A DNA stretch of 64,000 nt. It comes from Desulfotomaculum sp. (GTDB lineage Bacteria; Bacillota; Desulfotomaculia; Desulfotomaculales; Nap2-2B). The notes beneath the pieces were generated by a model. That model was not told where the DNA came from. It was given only the letters and a program-made list of their open reading frames with translations, and ran no database searches. The DNA is taken from the NCBI GenBank assembly GCA_003513005.1, contig DOTD01000092.1, positions 11,845 to 75,844 on the forward strand. Direction: 5' to 3'. The position numbers and the translations under genes were made by a program. This document shows positions 57,283-64,000 of this stretch, piece after piece (position 1 is the stretch's first letter; each line of letters opens with the position of its first letter).

Positions 57283-57440
57283 CAAAAAGGCCGAGTCCGC
57301 ATTCAGAAGCAGACCCGGCCAATTTAAGCCGATCCAATTCATCTCCTTTCCAATGCGGGAGGCGCATCAGTTTCCCTCAGCGCCCATCGTCCTAATATTC
57401 ATACCACATCGGCTAACAGAACATTAGGATCGGAGATAAG
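57283..57440 (-). promoter_or_regulatory. Moco/Wco riboswitch candidate with strong intrinsic terminator, leader of tupABC
   Basis: Minus-strand RNA has P1 AUCUCC..GGAGAU, P2 CCUAAUGU..AUAUUAGG and P3 GGCGC-UGAGGGAAACUGAU-GCGCC. The conserved CCUCCC and GGAAAGGAG follow. A 12-bp terminator comes next: GGCCGGGUCUGC..GCGGACUCGGCC + UUUUU. Confidence 0.65.
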
Positions 57441-57870
57441 TTTATATTAAAGGATATAATTAGACATTGAAAACCTGTTTTCCTGCTTCGTGAAGAAAAC
57501 TTTTCCGGATAATAGATATTTTGAAAAATTACAGGAAATACGAACCCGTTTTATCAATCCATCTATACGGGTAAATGGGTCATTTATGAATGTATTTTTT
57601 GCAATTGGCTCGTTGAATCATAATAAAAAAAATTTTCCTGTTAGAAGGATTTCAAGCTTTAAATGTAGAAAAAGAAATTTAAGTACAAATAAATAACAAT
57701 ATATTACAATTTTCGAGCTTCTGAACCTAAAGCCGAAGGCTAGGGATCTTGGGCCGATAGAGTATAGCTGGAAACGGTTGTGCTTCCCGATGCGGAAAGA
57801 AAATTGGAGTTTTTTTGTGTATTCGGGCTGAACTTTTTCTAAGGTTTAGCTTTTTTATTACACTAACTGT

Positions 57871-57899
57871 CAGTTGCCTTTCGGCGGCTGGCTTTTTTT
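57871..57899 (+). terminator. Intrinsic terminator ending a + strand leader/sRNA upstream of the SLH surface-protein gene
   Basis: CAGTTGCC-tttc-GGCGGCTG forms an 8-bp stem with two G-U pairs, followed by GCTTTTTTTA. No CDS lies upstream on this strand. Confidence 0.45.
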
Positions 57900-58044
57900 A
57901 TTTATGAATTTTCCAAAAAGGCTGCTGGCCGGGCTTCATCCTAAAGAAGGCGTTTTTATTATATTGTCCTTTTTGGAATGGGTTAGTATGACATGGGTCT
58001 TTAAATTAATAAAAAATAAAAAATAAAGGGGTGGGAGGAAAGAT

Positions 58045-59886
58045 ATGTCTATCTTTAAAGGGAAAGGAACACGATTTTTTCTGCTGGTTATGTTTTTATT
58101 AATGTTTACAGTGTTTTTTGCCACTAAAGTTAGCGCATCATCAACTAATTTAACAATTAAAAAGCTTGCTTCCGACGGTACAACTATAATTTCCGAGGAG
58201 ACAACACTCAATTATCATAGGCTGAAGGACAACTTACCCGTGATGGGCGACGGGATAAAGCACTATTACCACCAGGGTCCGGTATTTATTGACGATGCTG
58301 ATGAAGAAACAGAGCAAATGCTCCGTTGGAACCAGGAGGAAAATAAAAACGTCCAGGAAAAGGATATGGGCGCCCTTATGGGTACCAACTTAATAGACCT
58401 GTGTGATCTTGTTGGGGGCATGTCGCCAGACGACACAATAAAAATAAAGGCAAGCGACGGTTTTAACAAAACATTTGCCTATAAAAACGTATACGAGTAC
58501 TCAGACAAAGAAGGACCCATGGTTATTTGCTGGCACAAGGACGGCTTGTATCCTGATACCGGGTACACGGAAGGTATGCGTCTGGTCTGGTTTGCCGATG
58601 CTTCAACCAATCCGTGGGGCATCAATGCTTTTGGCAACTGGGACTGGCATGAAGCCGCTGATCCAGAATACTGGTATTATTTCGTGAGTGGCAATGAGAG
58701 TTATCCGACAACCACCGGGCTTTCGGTACAGGAAGTTTCTGAGTTAATTATCTACAGCAACGAAAATATCCCGCTAGCGCCTGAGGCGGCTTTTTCTTCC
58801 GATAAAACCTCCGGTCAGGCGCCGCTTACAGTTCAATTTACTGATCTATCCACAAATTCACCCGCGTCATACGCATGGGATCTAGACGGTAACGGATCGA
58901 CTGATTCTACAGAGAAAAATCCATCATACGAGTACAGTGAAGCAGGATCATATACTGTTACGCTCACAGTAGTAAATGCCGCCGGCAGTGATCAGGAAGT
59001 TAAAGCTGACTATATTACGGTTACAGCGAAGCCTACCGGCGGCGGTGGCGGCGGTGGCGGCGGCGGCAGCAGCAGCGGCAATAAAACTGTTCCAACGGCT
59101 GCGTTCATAGCCGCTCCGGCAAGTGGTGAGGCGCCGCTTATTGTCAATTTCACTGATGCATCCAAAGGCACAACTCCGCTGACTTATGCATGGGACTTTG
59201 ATAACGATGGCACAGTAGATTCTAATGAGCAGAATCCATCACATCAGTACGATACTGCAGGCGCTTATTCAGTCAAGCTCACAGTAAAAAATGACGCCGG
59301 AAGTGATGATGAGGTCAAGGAGAGCTTAATTAAAGTAGAACCTAAAAAGCAAACAGGATTTATTGAATCAAAACAGGCTTTAAACGATATTTCAGGCCAC
59401 TGGGCTAAAGGAAACATAGAAAAATTAGCAGCAACAGGGGCCGTAAGCGGCTATCCCGACAAAACCTTTAAGCCCGACGCAACCATTACCAGGGCTGAGT
59501 TTGTAACAATCTTGGTGAAGGCTTTTGAATTTGCCCCTCAAGCCGGCAAAGTATTTGCTGATACGGCCAGCCACTGGGCTAAAAACTTTATTGCCACAGC
59601 AGCGGCCCTGGGTATTGCGGGTGGGTACGACGACAATAACTTTGGTCCGGATGACCTGATTACCCGTGAACAGATGGCTGTTATGATTGCAAAGGCAAAA
59701 AAACTTGACCTGATTAATGGAGAGACGGCATTTGCCGACAAGGACAGTATTTCCGAATGGGCTGAAGGAGCAGTATTTGCAGCAGTTACGAACAAGATCA
59801 TGCAGGGTTATCCTGATAATACATTCCGGCCTCTGGGCAATGCAACAAGGGCTGAGGCTGTGACTGCCATAGTAAAGTCAAAATAA
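58045..59886 (+). CDS. Secreted surface protein: N-terminal Mo-oxidoreductase-like module, 2 PKD domains, poly-Gly linker, 3 C-terminal SLH domains
   Basis: Signal peptide MSIFKGKGTRFFLLVMFLLMFTVFFATKVSA. PKD signatures (..APLTVQFTD..YAWDLDGNGSTDS.., ..APLIVNFTD..YAWDFDNDGTVDS..). G9S3 linker. SLH repeats (..ISGHWAKGNIEKLAATGAVSGYPDKTFKPD..). Confidence 0.85.
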   Translation: MSIFKGKGTRFFLLVMFLLMFTVFFATKVSASSTNLTIKKLASDGTTIISEETTLNYHRLKDNLPVMGDGIKHYYHQGPVFIDDADEETEQMLRWNQEENKNVQEKDMGALMGTNLIDLCDLVGGMSPDDTIKIKASDGFNKTFAYKNVYEYSDKEGPMVICWHKDGLYPDTGYTEGMRLVWFADASTNPWGINAFGNWDWHEAADPEYWYYFVSGNESYPTTTGLSVQEVSELIIYSNENIPLAPEAAFSSDKTSGQAPLTVQFTDLSTNSPASYAWDLDGNGSTDSTEKNPSYEYSEAGSYTVTLTVVNAAGSDQEVKADYITVTAKPTGGGGGGGGGGSSSGNKTVPTAAFIAAPASGEAPLIVNFTDASKGTTPLTYAWDFDNDGTVDSNEQNPSHQYDTAGAYSVKLTVKNDAGSDDEVKESLIKVEPKKQTGFIESKQALNDISGHWAKGNIEKLAATGAVSGYPDKTFKPDATITRAEFVTILVKAFEFAPQAGKVFADTASHWAKNFIATAAALGIAGGYDDNNFGPDDLITREQMAVMIAKAKKLDLINGETAFADKDSISEWAEGAVFAAVTNKIMQGYPDNTFRPLGNATRAEAVTAIVKSK

Positions 59887-60022
59887 ATAAAGGTTATTGA
59901 TAAATGATTTTTCGTGACGCCTGAACAAGGAAAACCTTGTAAAAACCGGAAGGGGGAGTGAAGTTAGTCGAACTTTAAAATAAGAAGATCAAAAATGTTC
60001 AAAGAAAGGGGATGGGAAATTA

Positions 60023-63000
60023 ATGAGCAGACTTAAAAAAGTTTTGGGGAGCATCTTGTTCGCACTGCTTCTATTGCTTCCCGTGACATTTTCACCAGCA
60101 AAAGCAAGCGCAGAAAACGTTTATGCAGACTTTCCAATTCAACTAATCGGTACGTCAACCATTGACATGAGTAAAGCCGGCATGGAGGCCTTACTAAACA
60201 CGGCCAATACCTATACTGACGGAAATGGGAATATCTTTGAAGGCGTACCACTGCGGCAACTGATTGCCAAAATTGATGACAATGATCCTGCCACGCTGAA
60301 CAATTCACTTTTGGGGACTTACAATATTGAGTTTACCGGGTTAAACCAGGATGGGACTGACTATGTAAAGACAGCTGCCGCAGGCAACTGGTCCTCCTAT
60401 TTTACAGGCGGAAGTATTGACACCGACGATGTGTTTATAGCTACCAAGGTAAAGAAAGGCGGAACGGGTGATTTTGTAGATTTGCCTGAGGTAAGTGTAA
60501 ACAATGCGGCAAAGAACTGGAGGCCGGGTATAGTCAGCGGCAGTTTAATAACCGGATCAGGAAACCGTGTCGGCGGATTGTATAAAATCAGGCTGACTGG
60601 TCTTCCCCAGGGAGTACCGGTAGCTGCGTTCACAGCAGCCCCGACGACCGGCGAAGCGCCGCTGACAGTCAACTTTACAAATCAATCAACAGGCACAGCA
60701 CAGCTCGCCTATGCGTGGGATTTCAACAATGACGGCACGGTGGATTCTACAGAGCAGAACCCAACTTATATTTATGAAACAGCCGGTACATACACAGTCA
60801 AACTGACGGTGACCGATGCCGGCGGCAGTGACGAAGAAATTAAAACTGGCTATATAACTGTAAATACAGAAGATAATCCTACTGATTGGACTCTTCAATT
60901 ATCTGGGGCAAAGGACATGCCCGTAACCAAAGCTTTCTTTGAAGCCGGTCTCGCATGCGCGGGTTCAGGTCACTACAGGGAATGGACTGATATTGATGGT
61001 AATGTCTGGGGTGGTGTACCGCTCTGGCTGCTCGTTGGGATGATCGACGACAACCCCGATGTGGGTCCATACCACTATAACTTTAACGATGACCTTGCTG
61101 CACAAAATTACGAAGTTAACGTTATATCTGGAGACGGTTGGTCGGCAACCCTTGAAAGCTCAGCAATTGCCCGCAACGACGGTTATATTGTTGCTAACAC
61201 ACTTAACGGGAAACCGCTTCCGGCTCGGACCGAAAAAGAAAAACCGTGCTGGCCGCTACATCTGAAAGGTTCTGCAGTATTTGGGGGACAACAGGTCGGC
61301 AATATTGTTCGGATCGAGTTATCGGGACTTCCCGGGCCATCTGAAGGATGGACTTTGCAATTGATGGGAGATATAGGCGATACCATTACTCAAGAAGAAT
61401 TTGAAGCTGGCCTTGCATGCGCTGGTTCAGGTCACTACAAGGAATGGAAAGATATTGACAACAACACTTGGTCCGGCGTGCCCCTATGGGTACTCTTAGG
61501 CGTGGTGGATGATCTTGAAACAGGTAACCACTGGACATTCAATGATACGGTTGCCGCGAATGTCTATTCCGTAAATGTAATTGCAGGCGATAATTTTACA
61601 AAGACTTTTAGCAGCACAGATATAGCCAGAAGTGACAACTTTATTGTCGCTAATAAGATAAACGGCGCTTATCTTACTGATTCATGGCCGCTGCGCCTTG
61701 TAGGCGCCGGTGTTACAAAAGCTGATGGATCACTTGGCGGTAAGAGCATTGGTAATATCGTAAAGATAGAAATACCGGAGCTACAGACACCGCCGGCAGA
61801 GCCCGGCAGTTGGAATCTTGCGTTAAGCGGAAAGATTAGTGATGTTATCTCACAGGCCGAGTTCGAGGCCGGCCTGGCCTGTCCTGCTGCCGGGCACTCG
61901 GCGGAATGGAAAGATATTGACGGCAATGTCTGGTCAGGTATGCCTCTTTGGCTTCTGGCAGGCTGGGTGGATGACAGGCTGCCGCATGGTTACAATGCTA
62001 ACCAGGCAAGCGCCGGCTACACAGTTATAGTTAAAGCTGTAGACGGCTATAACAAGGAGTTTGCCAGCGCGGATATCGCCCGGAGCAGCGATTATATCAT
62101 CGCTGATAAATGCAATGGTGAACCGCTTACCAAGAAATGGCCGCTGCGCCTCGTGGGCGCCGGTGTAACTAAGGATGACGGAACCTTAAGCGGTTACAGC
62201 GTCGGGAATATCGCAGAGATAGAACTGACCAATTTTCAGACTGCCCTGCCCATACCCGAGGTTCACATCGTCAAGTATGCCGAAGATCGAACCACTGTAA
62301 TCGGAGAGACGTACGTTAATTACTTATGGATGCAGGATAACCTTGACGTGATTGGTGACGGAAAAACAATATACCGCTATGAAGGTATCACGAACAACCC
62401 GGAAGATGTGTGGGACGCTGCTGAGACGTACCCCGGCGGTTATAAAATAGCAAATGCCGTGAAAGGTACTCGTGTCAGAGATCTCTGCGATCTTGCCGGA
62501 GGTATGGGCGCAGGCACAGAGATAACATTTACCGCCAAAGACGGATATGAGACTACGCTTCCCTATGCGTCTATCTACACCAATCCAGCAGTGCAGGAAC
62601 GCCAGGGAGATGCAATACTGGCCTGGTGGGGTGATGGAAAATACGTGCCCTATTATGCGGACGGCATGCGGTTGTTCTTTACACCGAATGGCGACAATGT
62701 TTACGGACAATGGGATATGCACGAGACGCTTCCTCCAAATTATTGGCACTATTATTACAGTGATGGAGTTCAGTACCCTTCATGCGCCGGTTTGACTTCA
62801 AAGTGGATTACCGGCATAAAGATATATTCCGTTCCTGCCGGTGACTGGACATTAAAGCTTGATGGCAGGGATGTAGGCGGCATCTATTATGATGTAAGCA
62901 AAACCTATTTCGAGCAGGCCCTGGCCTGTCAATTTGGATCTAACCATAAGGTATCCTACACAGATTCCGAAAACCGAATTTGGGAAGGTATGCCTCTCTG

Positions 63001-64000
63001 GTTCCTGGCCGGGTTTATTGATGACACCGACCAGCATTCCGGCAACGCCTTTAATGATAAAATGGCAGCCACGGGATACAACGTGGTCATTACATCAGCC
63101 GACGGCCATTCAATAACAATCTCCAGCAAGAATATCATCAGGAACAACAACTATATTATTGCCAATTCGCTGAACGGGGCAACTATTCCTGATTCTGATA
63201 ACGACTGGCCGCTCAAGTTGGTCGGCCCGTCTGTCAATGACGCATTATCTGTTTCTCAGATTAAAAGCATTAAGCTGGTCAAAGTTTCTCATGATGGCGG
63301 CGGTAGTGGTGGCGGCGGAGCAACAACACCAAATCCAGTTAATTCCACCACCGGGTCTGCCACAGTTACTCCCAGCGCGGGCGGGACTATCGGCCTGGGC
63401 AGTAGCGCCACGGTAACGATACCAGCCAACGCACTGAATGGCACAGCTTCTGTCACGGTTACAGTGCAGCAGTTGAACTCGTTCCCAGCAACTCCAGCGG
63501 GCGCCGAACTGGCCAGTGAAGTGTACGAGTTTACAGTAGGAAACAATGCCACTTATAACTTTAGCGCCAGTGTCGGCATCACCCTTAGCTTTAACACTTC
63601 CGCCATCGGTGAAGGTGAAACAGCGGCCGTATTCTACTATGACGAAGCTCACAGCCAATGGATCAACCTCGGTGGGGTTGTGACCGGCTCGACTATTACA
63701 GTGCAGGTTAATCACTTTACCAAGTATGCCGTGTTTGCCGTGAAAAAGACAGGAAGCTTAAACGACATTACCGGTCACTGGGCGGAAGCTAATATCGCAA
63801 AACTAGTGGGCCTTGGCGCCCTTAGCGGTTACCCGGACGGAAGTTTTAAACCGGACGCAACCATCACTAGGGCTGAGTTTGTTACTATCTTGGTGAGAGC
63901 TTTTGAATTTGCCCCTCAAGCCGGCAAAGCATTTGCCGATACTGCCAACCACTGGGCTAAAGACTTTATTGCTACAGCAGCGGCCTTGGGCATTGTAGAC
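60023..64000 (+). CDS. Giant SLH-anchored surface protein (>=1326 aa, 3' end beyond window) with PKD domain and repeated molybdopterin-oxidoreductase-like modules
   Basis: In my full manual translation the ORF is open from the ATG at 60023 to the window edge, so it is absent from the ORF track. Signal peptide MSRLKKVLGSILFALLLLLPVTFSPAKASA. Repeated modules end in WPLRLVG/WPLKLVG. The first SLH repeat starts near 63770. Confidence 0.8.
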   Translation, partial: MSRLKKVLGSILFALLLLLPVTFSPAKASAENVYADFPIQLIGTSTIDMSKAGMEALLNTANTYTDGNGNIFEGVPLRQLIAKIDDNDPATLNNSLLGTYNIEFTGLNQDGTDYVKTAAAGNWSSYFTGGSIDTDDVFIATKVKKGGTGDFVDLPEVSVNNAAKNWRPGIVSGSLITGSGNRVGGLYKIRLTGLPQGVPVAAFTAAPTTGEAPLTVNFTNQSTGTAQLAYAWDFNNDGTVDSTEQNPTYIYETAGTYTVKLTVTDAGGSDEEIKTGYITVNTEDNPTDWTLQLSGAKDMPVTKAFFEAGLACAGSGHYREWTDIDGNVWGGVPLWLLVGMIDDNPDVGPYHYNFNDDLAAQNYEVNVISGDGWSATLESSAIARNDGYIVANTLNGKPLPARTEKEKPCWPLHLKGSAVFGGQQVGNIVRIELSGLPGPSEGWTLQLMGDIGDTITQEEFEAGLACAGSGHYKEWKDIDNNTWSGVPLWVLLGVVDDLETGNHWTFNDTVAANVYSVNVIAGDNFTKTFSSTDIARSDNFIVANKINGAYLTDSWPLRLVGAGVTKADGSLGGKSIGNIVKIEIPELQTPPAEPGSWNLALSGKISDVISQAEFEAGLACPAAGHSAEWKDIDGNVWSGMPLWLLAGWVDDRLPHGYNANQASAGYTVIVKAVDGYNKEFASADIARSSDYIIADKCNGEPLTKKWPLRLVGAGVTKDDGTLSGYSVGNIAEIELTNFQTALPIPEVHIVKYAEDRTTVIGETYVNYLWMQDNLDVIGDGKTIYRYEGITNNPEDVWDAAETYPGGYKIANAVKGTRVRDLCDLAGGMGAGTEITFTAKDGYETTLPYASIYTNPAVQERQGDAILAWWGDGKYVPYYADGMRLFFTPNGDNVYGQWDMHETLPPNYWHYYYSDGVQYPSCAGLTSKWITGIKIYSVPAGDWTLKLDGRDVGGIYYDVSKTYFEQALACQFGSNHKVSYTDSENRIWEGMPLWFLAGFIDDTDQHSGNAFNDKMAATGYNVVITSADGHSITISSKNIIRNNNYIIANSLNGATIPDSDNDWPLKLVGPSVNDALSVSQIKSIKLVKVSHDGGGSGGGGATTPNPVNSTTGSATVTPSAGGTIGLGSSATVTIPANALNGTASVTVTVQQLNSFPATPAGAELASEVYEFTVGNNATYNFSASVGITLSFNTSAIGEGETAAVFYYDEAHSQWINLGGVVTGSTITVQVNHFTKYAVFAVKKTGSLNDITGHWAEANIAKLVGLGALSGYPDGSFKPDATITRAEFVTILVRAFEFAPQAGKAFADTANHWAKDFIATAAALGIVD
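60884..62240 (+). repeat. Three tandem ~460-nt (about 153-aa) intragenic domain repeats; a fourth diverged copy lies at 62843-63290
   Basis: Units start at 60884 (DWTLQLSG..), 61345 (GWTLQLMG..) and 61808 (SWNLALSG..). They share FEAGLAC..H..EW.DIDGN.W.G.PLW.L.G..DD...IAR...IVAN..NG.PL...WPL.L.G. Confidence 0.75.

Noticed and set aside
57740-57830. The leader RNA could be called a ykkC/guanidine-type riboswitch.
   Set aside because: Only short strings (CUAGGG, GGCCGAUAGAG, ACGG) resemble the consensus. The expected P1a/P1b hairpins and the 3' ACACGG.GGGA..CCCGGGAG segment are missing. The downstream gene type is also atypical. I keep it only as an unclassified structured-leader candidate.
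59041-59067. The GGC/GGT repeat tracts (also at 16520-16556 and 63298-63324) could be a CRISPR-like or regulatory repeat array.
   Set aside because: They are short codon-level microsatellites encoding poly-Gly linkers inside ORFs. There is no repeat-spacer structure, and no CRISPR array anywhere in the window.

Overview
This 64-kb window looks like chromosome from a strictly anaerobic Gram-positive bacterium. The Clostridia/Peptococcaceae-like assignment is inferred only from SLH surface proteins, selenoprotein HdrA/MvhD, a tungsten AOR and Tup transport. No searches were possible, so every family name rests on motifs I read in the translations.

Layout:
- (i) 1-10.6 kb holds typA (partial), a Zn-ribbon gene, two type II TA pairs (RHH-MazF, AbrB-RelE/ParE), sbcDC, an acyltransferase, a patatin and a wHTH gene.
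- (ii) 10.6-19.5 kb is a decayed accessory zone. It contains a truncated SMC/ABC-like ATPase, a broken ~400-aa gene and a Toprim (DUF2220/JetD-like) remnant. It also contains a frameshifted DUF772/DDE transposase, dinJ with a yafQ carrying an in-frame TAA, an S-layer gene remnant (TGG->TAG plus a poly-Gly frameshift), and an intact IS1182-like element with recognisable terminal inverted repeats.
- (iii) 19.5-28.9 kb is a four-gene BREX/DISARM-related module: DUF499 ATPase, DUF3780, DUF1156 methyltransferase and a PLD-SNF2 helicase. The methyltransferase contains a striking AT-rich mosaic patch.
- (iv) 28.9-37.1 kb is a sharply AT-rich island and my best candidate for an undescribed system. It encodes radical SAM/SPASM, a PqqD-like RRE, an unannotated 43-aa Cys-rich peptide (..CKQCSSCHGCR), a 962-aa MBL-fold protein, a QW-repeat alpha/alpha-toroid (prenyltransferase-beta-like) protein, an AsnB-like amidotransferase and a glycosyltransferase.
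- (v) 37.3-57.4 kb is redox and cofactor metabolism on the minus strand: W-type AOR, polyferredoxin, an HdrD-like protein, FdhD, HdrA (in-frame UGA, Sec), MvhD (in-frame UGA, Sec) and NuoE/NuoF-like plus 2Fe-2S proteins. Two moeA genes, tupABC and two Moco/Wco-type riboswitches follow.
- (vi) 58-64 kb holds two SLH-anchored surface proteins. One is a >1326-aa protein with repeated molybdopterin-oxidoreductase-like modules that runs off the window.
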